A DNA stretch of 42,898 nt, from NCBI GenBank assembly GCA_018649885.1, contig JABIHA010000099.1:1-42898 (forward strand), in the 5' to 3' direction. Below are positions 1 to 8,959 of this stretch, piece after piece; the first letter of the stretch is position 1; the number at the start of each line of letters is the position of its first letter. The position numbers and the translations under genes were made by a program. Below the pieces are notes generated by a model that was given only the letters and a program-made list of their open reading frames with translations, did no database searches and was not told the DNA's origin. Source of the stretch: Bacteriovoracaceae bacterium (GTDB taxonomy: Bacteria > Bdellovibrionota > Bacteriovoracia > Bacteriovoracales > Bacteriovoracaceae).

Positions 1-122
1 AGCTTCCTTGTTTGTTTTTATTTTGCAATTTTAATGTGACAAGAAAGTTAAATACGGCGACGACACGTGGCCGTATGTCTTTAGAATCATGAAACTATTT
101 TGTTAAAGCAGTAGCATTCGTA
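1..122 (-). repeat. Left copy of 122-bp inverted repeat (end or leader of a multicopy element or gene)
   Basis: 1-122 is the reverse complement of 42770-42891 with 2 mismatches (positions 38 and 59). Confidence 0.95.
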
Positions 123-216
123 TCACGTACGAATGCCAGTACGAATGCCACGAATGCCACGCACGTACGAATGCCACGCACGTACGAATGCCCGAATGCC
201 CGAATGCCCGAATGCC
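121..216 (+). repeat. Irregular tandem array of CGAATGCC (8 copies)
   Basis: CGAATGCC starts at 130, 142, 151, 168, 185, 193, 201 and 209, with CACGTA/CACG-type spacers. Confidence 0.95.
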
Positions 217-370
217 AAAAATTGGAGCTGAAATTGTTGTATTGAAAGAAAATAAAGAGACAAGAGCTACCGGCGTGGTGGCAGCTCTTGCTGGATCAAG
301 TCAATGTGAGAACTGCGTTTATATGTCAGGTGTTGCATACAAAAAGAAGAAAACTGAAAAAATTAACTAA
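214..370 (+). pseudogene. Probable 3' remnant of a small gene (DUF4156/YbjQ-like C-terminus) lacking its 5' end
   Basis: Reads AKIGAEIVV...CENCVYMSGVAYKK*. The ORF's N-terminus is only the translated repeat array. A hairpin and T-tract follow. Confidence 0.4.
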
Positions 371-401
371 ATTTATATCATTCAATACTAATAGATATTT
401 T

Positions 402-430
402 GGGCCACATGAAAATGTAGCCCTTTTTTT
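402..430 (+). terminator. Probable intrinsic terminator, possibly bidirectional, between the remnant and the acnB 3' end
   Basis: GGGCCACAT-gaaa-ATGTAGCCC stem with 1 mismatch, followed by T7. Confidence 0.5.
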
Positions 431-443
431 ATGTCACGTACTA

Positions 444-3203
444 TTAATTTAGAGGTGGAGCGTACTTAGTTAGAACTATTCCATCTACCGCAGCTTTATA
501 CTCATCTAAATTAGGCACCCTACCGAGAATCGCAGATAGAACGACTACCGGAGTTGAGGAAAGTAGTGATTCACCTTTTTTCTCGTTAGTGTCTTCAACT
601 ACACGACCTTGGAAAAGACGAGTCGATGTTGCCATAACAGTATCACCCTTTGCAGCTTTTTCTTGATTGCCCATACAAAGGTTACAACCAGGACGCTCAA
701 GGTAGAGAATATTTTCATATTCTACGCGAGCAGCATTTTTGGGGGCATTATCATCAAATTCAAAGCCTGCATATTTTTGAAGGATCTCCCAGTCTCCCTC
801 AGCTTTTAACTCTTCGATTATATTATAAGTGGGGGGAGTTACAACTAGTGGAGCTTTGAATTCTACCTTACCATTTTGTTTTTCGATATTTTTAAGCATT
901 TGAGAAAGTATTTTCATGTCACCTTTATGAACCATGCATGAACCGATGAATCCTAGATCAACTTTCTTGTCACCTTGGTAAAATGAAAGAGGTCTAATTA
1001 CATCGTGAGTATATCTCTTAGAAACATCGGCGTTATGAACATCTGGATCAGCAATCATTGGTTCAACAATTTGATCAAGATCAACTACGAACTCTGAAGA
1101 GTATTTAGCATTATCATCTGGTCTTAGAGTTGGGCTATCACCAGATTTAATTTCACCGATTCTCTTATCTGCTATGGCCATTAGTCCTTTAAGAACTTGC
1201 CCTTTATTGTCCATGCCCTTGTCGATCATGATCTTTATTCTGCTTTTTGCGATTTCAAGAGACTCAATTAAAGTTTCATCATTAGAAATACAAATTGAAG
1301 CTTTGGCCTTCATTTCAGCGGACCAATCTGTGAAAGTGAAAGCTTGATCTGATAGGAGTGTTCCAATATGAACTTCAATAATCTTGCCTTGGAAAATATT
1401 TTCTCCTCCAAACTGCTTTAACATTTGATATTGAGTAGCGTGAACAACATCACGAAAATCCATATGATCTTTTAGAGTTCCTTTAAAAGTAACTTTAACA
1501 GATTCAGGAATAGGCATGGAGGCCTCACCTGTTGCCAGGGCCAGTGCCACTGTTCCGGAGTCAGCTCCAAAGGCCACACCTTTAGACATTCTAGTATGTG
1601 AGTCCCCTCCAATGATAATGGCGCGATCATCAACTGCTAAATCATTGAGGACTTTGTGAATCACATCTGTCATAGCAGGGTATTTTTTCTCTGGAGATCT
1701 ACCAGTAATAAGACCAAAGTCATTCATAAACTTCATTAGTTTTGGCGTATTTTCTTGAGCTTTAGCGTCCCAAACAGAAGCTGTGTGGCAACCTGACTGG
1801 TAAGCCCCATCAACAGAAGGAGCAATTACTGTTGCTGCCATCGCTTCAAGTTCCTGGCATGTCATGAGTCCAGTGGTATCTTGTGAACCAACGATATTTA
1901 CTTTAACTCTAACATAGGAGCCTGCGTGTAAAGTCTTTCCTGGAGTTGTACCAACTGCGTTTCTATTAAAAATTTTCTCTACAGCAGTGAGCCCTTGTCC
2001 GTCGTGTGAAACTTCTTTTGAAGGTGCATAGACTGACTTCAGATCCCGCCCAAGTGCCTGAGCTGCAAAAGCTTGAAGCTTTTTCCCAAATACCACAGCG
2101 TAAGAGCCACCAGATTTAATAGACTCCATTTTTTGTGGAGTAAGTGCAGAGGAAATATCAATGAGTTCTTTATCTCCATTATAAAGTTTTTTAGTTTTTG
2201 TATTAATAGTTAGAACTGTTCCAGTGTCTACAGAGTAAGTTTTCTCTAACTCTGGGTCACCATTACCGTCTAAAACTGTATTTCCACTAGAGTCAACTTT
2301 TTTGACCCAGTTATTAAGATCGATTCCAATTCCTCCTGTAACATTAACTGTTGTTAAAAAGATGGGCGAAATTCCATTGGTTCCACCAACAATTGGAGCA
2401 ATATTAATAAACGGAACATAGGGGCTAGCTTGCTTACCTGTCCATAAAGCGACGTTGTTAACGCCAGACATTCTAGATGAACCAACACCCATAGTGCCTT
2501 TTTCGGCAATTAGCATAACTCTTGCATCGGGATGAGCTTTTTGCAGCTCACGAATTTCTGCTTGCGCCTCAGGTGTGATTAAACACTGTCCATGGAGTTC
2601 ACGATCAGAACGAGAGTGAGCTTGATTTCCGGGGGAAAGTAAGTCTGTAGAAATATCACCAATACCTGCAACGTAAGTCACAACTTTAATTTCTTCATCT
2701 ACGGCAGGAAGTTTGGTGAAAAATTCTGCCCCTGCATAACTTTCAATTATTTCCTTAGCGGTAGCATTGCCACTATCTAATGCTTTTTTAAGTCGGTCAG
2801 TATCAGCTTCATATAAAAAGACCTGAGTTTTTAAAACTTCACCAGCCTCTTTGGCGATAGCAACGTCATCACCTAGAGCTAAATCAAGTAGGACATCAAC
2901 AGAAGGTCCACCTTTCATATGCGATAAGAGCTCATATGCAAAAGAAGGCGAAATTTCTTCTAAGCTAGACTTTCCGAGAATAATTTCTTTAAGAAATTTG
3001 GCCTTTTCAGTTGCGGCACTTGTAGTCCCCGGCACACTGTTATAAATGAAAAAATGAAGAGAGTCTTTTCGGTGCTCGCTCGCTGAATCTTTTATTTGAG
3101 AAATAATCTCTTTAAGCAGTTCACTACCATCAATTGGCTTAGGGTGTAGGCCTTGAGACTTTCTTTCTTCAATTTCTTTTAAATAATCTTGATACAAACT
3201 CAT
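444..3203 (-). CDS. acnB: Bifunctional aconitate hydratase 2 / 2-methylisocitrate dehydratase
   Basis: AcnB motifs TDLLSP..AHSRSD, GVGSSRMS, GSQDTTG, QSGCHT, DSHTR, FIGSCM, PGCNLCMGNQ, TSTRLF.GR. Start taken at MSLYQDY; the ORF track extends to 3233. Confidence 0.95.
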   Translation of the reverse strand: MSLYQDYLKEIEERKSQGLHPKPIDGSELLKEIISQIKDSASEHRKDSLHFFIYNSVPGTTSAATEKAKFLKEIILGKSSLEEISPSFAYELLSHMKGGPSVDVLLDLALGDDVAIAKEAGEVLKTQVFLYEADTDRLKKALDSGNATAKEIIESYAGAEFFTKLPAVDEEIKVVTYVAGIGDISTDLLSPGNQAHSRSDRELHGQCLITPEAQAEIRELQKAHPDARVMLIAEKGTMGVGSSRMSGVNNVALWTGKQASPYVPFINIAPIVGGTNGISPIFLTTVNVTGGIGIDLNNWVKKVDSSGNTVLDGNGDPELEKTYSVDTGTVLTINTKTKKLYNGDKELIDISSALTPQKMESIKSGGSYAVVFGKKLQAFAAQALGRDLKSVYAPSKEVSHDGQGLTAVEKIFNRNAVGTTPGKTLHAGSYVRVKVNIVGSQDTTGLMTCQELEAMAATVIAPSVDGAYQSGCHTASVWDAKAQENTPKLMKFMNDFGLITGRSPEKKYPAMTDVIHKVLNDLAVDDRAIIIGGDSHTRMSKGVAFGADSGTVALALATGEASMPIPESVKVTFKGTLKDHMDFRDVVHATQYQMLKQFGGENIFQGKIIEVHIGTLLSDQAFTFTDWSAEMKAKASICISNDETLIESLEIAKSRIKIMIDKGMDNKGQVLKGLMAIADKRIGEIKSGDSPTLRPDDNAKYSSEFVVDLDQIVEPMIADPDVHNADVSKRYTHDVIRPLSFYQGDKKVDLGFIGSCMVHKGDMKILSQMLKNIEKQNGKVEFKAPLVVTPPTYNIIEELKAEGDWEILQKYAGFEFDDNAPKNAARVEYENILYLERPGCNLCMGNQEKAAKGDTVMATSTRLFQGRVVEDTNEKKGESLLSSTPVVVLSAILGRVPNLDEYKAAVDGIVLTKYAPPLN

Positions 3204-3655
3204 GGAACATCCATTTTTAAGTGTTTGACGCATTACATCTTTTTAGGGGTAATTGAGAGTATTTTAACATTGAGTCAGTTACTCATAAAGGCTAAAACGT
3301 ATTTTGCAGAGATTGGAAATAAAGGTGTGACGGAATGCAGCTTCGAAGTGCTTCACCACCGCCTGCGAAAATGGTTGCCAGTGGCAAGCATTTGCGCAGA
3401 GTGGAACTCCTAGAGGAGACTTCCTAGTCGCCAATTAGAAATGTTACCCATGTCTCGATAAGATCATAAATTTAGATAAATTGCTGGTATTCTATTTGCG
3501 AATTTAGATGCCCTGCTCAGTAAAAGTATCACATACGCTTTTTCCGCTTTTTCGTATCCGCGATAGAAACCCTGCATTAAATGGAGATGCGAAACCAAAA
3601 GAGCATGGCTCCTAAATTCCTAAACTTTACCTGAATTTCTAATTTTTTTGACCTG

Positions 3656-4162
3656 CTATTCGTCTATTGCCTCTTCAATATCAATATATAGACGAGGGTA
3701 TTGTTCGTCCCCTTCTTGCAATTTTCCTTCTGGAAAAAACTCCTGATTTAAATATGCTACGTCTTCATCACTCAATTGATAGGTAAACGTTGGAGTATAT
3801 CCGCTATCTTTTGCAAATATCAAATATGCCTTTTGAATACTGTGGATTTGACCAATAAATTCAACTGTTCTGTTGTTGGGAACAATCCCACTTGAAAAAT
3901 CTATCTCAAATTGGCCAGTCTCTGGATCAACTTCAACATTTTTCTCCCAGCTGACCAAATCTTCTGACTCTAGAGCGTCTACTCCTGCCGTCGCATAAAG
4001 GTTATACTTGAGGTAGGCTTTGCCCACCTCCACTCCTTTACTGGCATCAGCAAAGTAGCCCGAGACAACTATACTATGTGGTAGGTTGTTCAGTATATTT
4101 ACTGTAAAGCAGCCTACTAAGCTTACAACTGCAATAAATCCAAATTTGAATGCCTGATACAT
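3656..4162 (-). CDS. Hypothetical protein with N-terminal hydrophobic/signal segment
   Basis: 168-aa ORF, AAGGA RBS upstream, N-terminal hydrophobic stretch. Confidence 0.7.
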   Translation of the reverse strand: MYQAFKFGFIAVVSLVGCFTVNILNNLPHSIVVSGYFADASKGVEVGKAYLKYNLYATAGVDALESEDLVSWEKNVEVDPETGQFEIDFSSGIVPNNRTVEFIGQIHSIQKAYLIFAKDSGYTPTFTYQLSDEDVAYLNQEFFPEGKLQEGDEQYPRLYIDIEEAIDE

Positions 4163-4398
4163 ATCAATTTTCCTTTTTTTAGTTCTTCTACTTATGCGTG
4201 CTAATGAAACAGTACTCTACAATACTTTTTCATGCGGGTAGTCAGAGTCGAGCAATTTAGAAAAAGTTTCGTATTCACTTCCGACAACACCATGAACTAG
4301 CTTCCAAGAAAAATAGGAAAAGATACAATGCTCAGTGAGAGGGGACTGTGAGAGGAATTGTTGCGCTAAAAGCTTGAATCTGCACACGTACCCTTTTT

Positions 4399-5538
4399 TT
4401 AAGGGAATAAATGAGATTTCATAATATGTCCAAAGCCTACAATTTGTGAAATATTTCGCGATCTAACCTTGATTCGATTGCCGGTATTTCCTTCCAAAGA
4501 AATAATCGCATCATCACTTCGAATCGCTAAAAACATACCAGTATGATTGGCCCTACCATTGCCGCTAGTATCTATCGCCAACCAATCTCCTCTTTTTGCC
4601 CTTTTGAGCTCTCCAAGAGTGGTGACTGAGTGGTAGTCACGATCAAAATATCGGCGCAATTGTCCGACATTGGAAAGATTGGTGATACCACCAAGAGTCT
4701 CTTGAGTGACCCAAGAATAAAACTCACTACACCACCATTCAATTAAGTCAGCACCATAATGGGTTCCATTTGCCCAACGGCTACCATTGAGTCCCACCAG
4801 TCCTTGCACTTGATTAAAGTATTGTTTAAAACCTTGCAGGAGGATCTTAGTTCTCGCCAGGCTAACGGGATTACTGGGATCGGTAGTGGTGGAGTAAAAA
4901 AGAATTTTACCGTAATCAGAAATCCGCCGATAAGTTCCATCATCATTTTTTACATAGAAGCGTGCTTGCAAAAAGTAAGGGGTATTTCCCACCAGGCCAT
5001 CCAAGCGCAAGGGACTTGCCCAGTGCATTCCTAAGTTAAGATTGTAATAGCGCTTCAAACTAACTTTTATTAACGGGGTAGTTTTTAATTTGTCATCGGT
5101 CTCCGCCAATCTGCGATAGCGGATTCTGGCGTAGAGCTCCTGTTTTAAATGCCAAAGGTCTAAGACTTCTTTTTTATTAATTTTGACCCTAGCGCCAATG
5201 GAAGTATGAGTATTTTTATATCCTTTTTTGGAATAAACATACTCAGTTTCATCTACTCTATTATTACAGTTATCATCGATATTATTAAATGCCACTTCGG
5301 TTCGATAGGGGTGTATATCGGCATCAAAATCATGGCAATCCCCCGTGGCAGAAACAAAATGCTTGGGACAAACATAAGTTTGTTCGTAGCTGACTTGAAA
5401 GTGAACCGCCGGAGAACCAATCTTGGCGTAATTATCGTCGTCCTGATCATAGACATTGTGATAGCACTTGATGTCATATGTTTGTTGGGCGAAAGCGTTA
5501 ACGGAAAACAAGAAAAAAAGACTAATGAAGTACTTCAT
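4399..5538 (-). CDS. Secreted CHAP-domain amidase/peptidase with a MopE-related metal-binding motif
   Basis: Signal peptide (VNAFA). DCHDFDADIHP..TEV..NNIDDNCNNRVDE resembles the MopE-related repeat. C-terminal WCSEFYSWV, GD, HTGM, EGN is the CHAP Cys/His/Glu pattern. GAGGAG RBS. Confidence 0.8.
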   Translation of the reverse strand: MKYFISLFFLFSVNAFAQQTYDIKCYHNVYDQDDDNYAKIGSPAVHFQVSYEQTYVCPKHFVSATGDCHDFDADIHPYRTEVAFNNIDDNCNNRVDETEYVYSKKGYKNTHTSIGARVKINKKEVLDLWHLKQELYARIRYRRLAETDDKLKTTPLIKVSLKRYYNLNLGMHWASPLRLDGLVGNTPYFLQARFYVKNDDGTYRRISDYGKILFYSTTTDPSNPVSLARTKILLQGFKQYFNQVQGLVGLNGSRWANGTHYGADLIEWWCSEFYSWVTQETLGGITNLSNVGQLRRYFDRDYHSVTTLGELKRAKRGDWLAIDTSGNGRANHTGMFLAIRSDDAIISLEGNTGNRIKVRSRNISQIVGFGHIMKSHLFP

Positions 5539-5638
5539 AAGACACTCCTCTACTAAAATCTAACAAACTTGTGCAGGTCCGTTAGTATCAGGAGTCACTT
5601 ATTCAGTTGATTTTTATCACAAATAAATAAGGAAAAAT

Positions 5639-5736
5639 AGGTGCCAAAATATTTATCAATTCCATTGCGGCAGTAAGCGTAGCATTGGTTGCACCGCTTA
5701 CTGCCGCAATGGAATTGATAATTCAGCCTGGCACCT
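5639..5736. repeat. Nested palindromic element (REPIN/MITE-like)
   Basis: Perfect 27-bp inverted arms 5653-5679 / 5695-5721, enclosed by AGGTGCCA (5639) and TGGCACCT (5729). Confidence 0.85.
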
Positions 5737-5744
5737 TTAGCAGT

Positions 5745-6194
5745 ATGGAAATTAGAAAATTAAATTCTCAAGACATTGATACTATCGCTAATTGGTTTAA
5801 TGAAGAATGGGGACATCTTTCAAATGATTTTTCGAAGGAAAATTCAATAAAGCAGATGAACGTGAGAGTCAATTCAAATCAAATACCACTAACCATAGTA
5901 GCAGAAGAAAAAAATATTGTAGGCACTGCTAGTCTAGTAGAGACTGATTTAGATTTACACAATGAACTATCACCATGGCTTGCTACGGTTTTTGTATCAG
6001 AAGAGTACAGAAAGCAAGGAGTAGGACAACAGCTATGCTTAGATATGTTAAATAAAGCTCGAGAATTGGGTTTTAAAAATTGTTATCTTTTTACTCCCAG
6101 TAAAGAAGAATGGTATCTAAAGCAAGGTTGGGAAACAATATTCAAAGAAAGTTATCGGGGAGATCAGATCGTTGTTATGAAATTTGAATTGTAA
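5745..6194 (+). CDS. GNAT family N-acetyltransferase
   Basis: PWLATVFVSEEYRKQGVGQQL acetyl-CoA motif A and WYLKQGW. Start moved to ATG 5745 because the longer ORF reads through the palindrome. Confidence 0.9.
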   Translation: MEIRKLNSQDIDTIANWFNEEWGHLSNDFSKENSIKQMNVRVNSNQIPLTIVAEEKNIVGTASLVETDLDLHNELSPWLATVFVSEEYRKQGVGQQLCLDMLNKARELGFKNCYLFTPSKEEWYLKQGWETIFKESYRGDQIVVMKFEL

Positions 6195-6234
6195 CAAAAT
6201 CATTCAGCAGATTTTAAGAAGAAAATTAATCGTT

Positions 6235-6309
6235 TGTAGTAATCTGTAGTTCCTTTTGAAATTCAATCAACAAATTTAGATAGTTATGGAGCTTCCCACC
6301 ACTTCCACC
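6235..6309 (+). mobile_element. att-like repeat, copy 1 (tmRNA/tRNA 3'-end-like core)
   Basis: About 63/75 identical to 6937-7010: TGTAGTAATCTGTAGT ... AATCAACAA ... TTCCCACCACTTCCACC. Confidence 0.6.
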
Positions 6310-6378
6310 GTTACGACTTGTCGTGTCGAACATTTGTTGATATCTTTTTTTATCAATAAAAGTTCCAGGAAGAAAAAT

Positions 6379-6924
6379 TTGTATTTTTATCATCTAAAAC
6401 CTAATCCATTTGAAGGCACAAAGTTAATCCCACTAAATCAGATGGATAGAGAGTCAGAAATTTATAAAACTCATGCTTCTAAATATTTAGGAAGAGAGGA
6501 CTTGAGAGATGAGCTTATTCCAGTTTTAAACTGCAAGTGGAACGATGTTGTACAGTTTTCTGCTCTTGATCCGCAGCTTATAGTAAATGAATTAAAAAAA
6601 CATCAACATGGTCTGAAACTAATAAGGCGAGAATACTTTAAGGTTCATATTAATGAGATCATTTCAAAGCACCAAGCAGTTATTTTTGATCGTGATCCAA
6701 GTAGAGGAAAAGGTAGTTTTAAAATTTATGATAAAGAAATAAGGCCACTTAATAGTGAGAATTATAAAGAATTAAAAGAGGTACCTAGAAAAACCATCGA
6801 ATATTGGCACAAGGTTAAGTCTGAAGTTGGGAAATTTTTATGGTTTCCATTTGTTACCCATATAATGGTTAAAGGAATTATTGAGACTGAAAATTTTGAA
6901 ACATGCGAACTTCATTTAGATTAA
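6379..6924 (+). CDS. Conserved hypothetical protein (resembles Bacillus 'group-specific protein' family)
   Basis: YH..P..F.G.KLIPLN, KY.GRE.L...IP.LNC.WNDVVQFS..DP, F.FV.HI.VKG.I. TTG start at 6379 after AGGA. Confidence 0.7.
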   Translation: MYFYHLKPNPFEGTKLIPLNQMDRESEIYKTHASKYLGREDLRDELIPVLNCKWNDVVQFSALDPQLIVNELKKHQHGLKLIRREYFKVHINEIISKHQAVIFDRDPSRGKGSFKIYDKEIRPLNSENYKELKEVPRKTIEYWHKVKSEVGKFLWFPFVTHIMVKGIIETENFETCELHLD

Positions 6925-6936
6925 AAATTTAGTTAA

Positions 6937-7011
6937 TGTAGTAATCTGTAGTCACTTTTTAAATTCAATCAACAATTTAAAACAGTTATGAGGTTTCCAC
7001 CACCTCCACCA
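6937..7011 (+). mobile_element. att-like repeat, copy 2 (tmRNA/tRNA 3'-end-like core, IHF-consensus site)
   Basis: Direct repeat of 6235-6309. Ends TTCCACCACCTCCACCA. AATCAACAATTTA fits WATCAANNNNTTR. Confidence 0.6.
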
Positions 7012-7065
7012 TTTGATGATGTAGCATTGCATCCCAAAATAAACAATTGTTGGTAATTCTCACTA

Positions 7066-7167
7066 ATGGCTACAATAATTATATTGAATGGAACATCTAG
7101 CGCGGGAAAATCTAGTCTCGCAATTGAATTGCAACGCTCTCTTCCAGGTCAATTTCTTAAAGGTTAA
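7066..7167 (+). pseudogene. Truncated chloramphenicol-phosphotransferase-like P-loop kinase (N-terminal 33 aa)
   Basis: Translates MATIIILNGTSSAGKSSLAIELQRSLPGQFLKG*, a typical CPT-family start with Walker A. Confidence 0.7.
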
Positions 7168-7244
7168 TCATCTTAAAGGTCGCATTAAGTTTAAAAATCT
7201 TAGATACTAAATTAATTCTCCCTTTATTTTAAATGGGTGCTAGT

Positions 7245-7355
7245 CTAGATTCAAACTACCAGCGCGACAGATTCTTTAAAAAATACTTCATATGGTGTCT
7301 TGTAGTCAAGGCCCTTTCTTGGAATCAAGTTAAAGCTATTTTCAAGCTCCTTTAT
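7245..7355 (-). mobile_element. IS30-family remnant: transposase C-terminus and right end
   Basis: Minus strand reads IKELENSFNLIPRKGLDYKTPYEVFFKESVALVV*, matching the IS30 N..PRK.L.YKTP.EVF...VAL tail. The stop lies within TGAATCTAG. Confidence 0.8.
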
Positions 7356-7640
7356 CCTATTTTCTCCAAGCTAGTAAATCCATGGTTTTTAGGGACCTTG
7401 GGCGCCCGGCTAGGGTCCAATAAAGAGGGCTTTTTTGAGGCCGTCGATAATTCAGAATGAGCAAAGTAAATCTGGTCAACTCTCTGAACTCCAGTTAACA
7501 ATTTTGCCTCAAACGACCTTTTGTCTTAACTATTCTTAAGATTTTTTTGTAAAAGATTATTTATCCACTCCCTTCTAAGCTGTGAAATACTATTTAAATT
7601 GATTTTTCCTGACCCTTTTAAAAACCATATAGGAATTAAT

Positions 7641-8957
7641 ATGCAGATTGGAATAATAATAGGGAGAATTGGCGGAGTTGATGGAGTCGCTCTTGAGACA
7701 GAAAAATGGATTGAGGTTTTGGAGAACCTTGGACATGAAATTTTTATCATTACGGGAAAAGTCACCAAAGACATCCACAAAAATATCCAAATCCTACCAG
7801 AATTAAACTTTCACCACCCCCTAGTGATTAGAGAGCAAGACGATGCTTTCTATCTTCAGCGGGTTAAAGAAGATACCATTGAAAAGAGGTTAGTTCATCT
7901 TACCCAACATATTGAAAAAGAATTATTGAGGTGGTTGGTAAAAAATAAAATCGATATTTTTATTTCGGAGAATGCTTCTTCTCTTCCCTGTCATTTAAGT
8001 ATGGGCTGGGCGATACAACAAGTGGTTGAGGAAACAAAAATTCCAACCATCACACACGATCATGATTTTCACTGGGAACGAGGGAAACGCTATAAAAGCA
8101 AGTACAAAATCGTACAGAAAATAATCAAAAATTGTTTTCCCCTTAGAGAGAGAGAGGTTGTTCACGCAGTAATCAATAGCCCTGCACAACAAGAACTAGA
8201 AAAAAGATTCGACTTACCCTCTGTGATAGTACCAAATGTTATGGACTTTAAAAAAGATTTCGCTAAGCGAGATCATTTTAACTCATCTCTTTTGGAGACA
8301 CTTGGTCTTTTTAAGGGAGACATTCCCATTTTCCAAGTAACCCGAGTCGTAAAGAGAAAAGGAATAGAGACCGCTATCAAGCTCATTAGTGAATTAGACA
8401 ACCCCAATATCAAACTCATTATTACAGGATGTATTGATGATGATCACAATGCTGAATATTACGGGGAGCTCACAGACCTGACCAATAGTCTACATTTAGA
8501 AAATCAAATTCGCTTTGCTTCAAATTCCTTTGGAAATGAGAGACAGATTGGCCCTCACCTAGCTTCAGATCTCTCTGCCAAAATGATCAAAAAAATGGGA
8601 AATGAAAATAAAATATATTCAATAAGTGATGCCTATGCCTATGCCACTGCTTGCACTTACTTTAGCTCCTATGAAGGTTTTGGTAATGCCTTTATCGAAT
8701 CCATTCAGGCCAAGGTCCCCATTTTTGTCAACAATTACAAACCTGTCTTTTGGCCCGATATTGGCATTCATGGCTTCAAAGTTATCATGCTTGAAAATAA
8801 CAGGCTCACAAATACAGCTATTAAAGATATGAAAAATATTATCTTTGACAAAAAATACGCCAAGGAAATTGCGGAACACAATTATAAATTAGGAACAAAA
8901 TTGTTCTCCTACGATGTCTTAGAAAAAAAACTTCTAGAACTTATATCAGGTTTTTAA
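7641..8957 (+). CDS. Glycosyltransferase family 4 (mannosylglucosylglycerate-synthase-like)
   Basis: DGVALETEKW, HDFHWER, TRVVKRKGIE, S.YEGFGNAFIES. AGGA RBS before ATG 7641. Confidence 0.85.
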   Translation: MQIGIIIGRIGGVDGVALETEKWIEVLENLGHEIFIITGKVTKDIHKNIQILPELNFHHPLVIREQDDAFYLQRVKEDTIEKRLVHLTQHIEKELLRWLVKNKIDIFISENASSLPCHLSMGWAIQQVVEETKIPTITHDHDFHWERGKRYKSKYKIVQKIIKNCFPLREREVVHAVINSPAQQELEKRFDLPSVIVPNVMDFKKDFAKRDHFNSSLLETLGLFKGDIPIFQVTRVVKRKGIETAIKLISELDNPNIKLIITGCIDDDHNAEYYGELTDLTNSLHLENQIRFASNSFGNERQIGPHLASDLSAKMIKKMGNENKIYSISDAYAYATACTYFSSYEGFGNAFIESIQAKVPIFVNNYKPVFWPDIGIHGFKVIMLENNRLTNTAIKDMKNIIFDKKYAKEIAEHNYKLGTKLFSYDVLEKKLLELISGF

Positions 8958-8959
8958 AA

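Noticed and set aside
121..216. CGAATGCC array as a CRISPR array
   Set aside because: Units are 8 bp with 0-9 nt repeated spacers, no unique 30-40 nt spacers, and no cas genes are present.
188..370. 60-aa ORF as an intact gene
   Set aside because: Its start and first residues come from the tandem repeat. Only the 3' part looks gene-like.
6235..7011. Classical integron attC sites or an intact tRNA/tmRNA gene
   Set aside because: No RYYYAAC...GTTRRRY imperfect palindrome, no intI, and only ~18 nt resemble an RNA-gene 3' end (no T-loop GGTTCG or cloverleaf).
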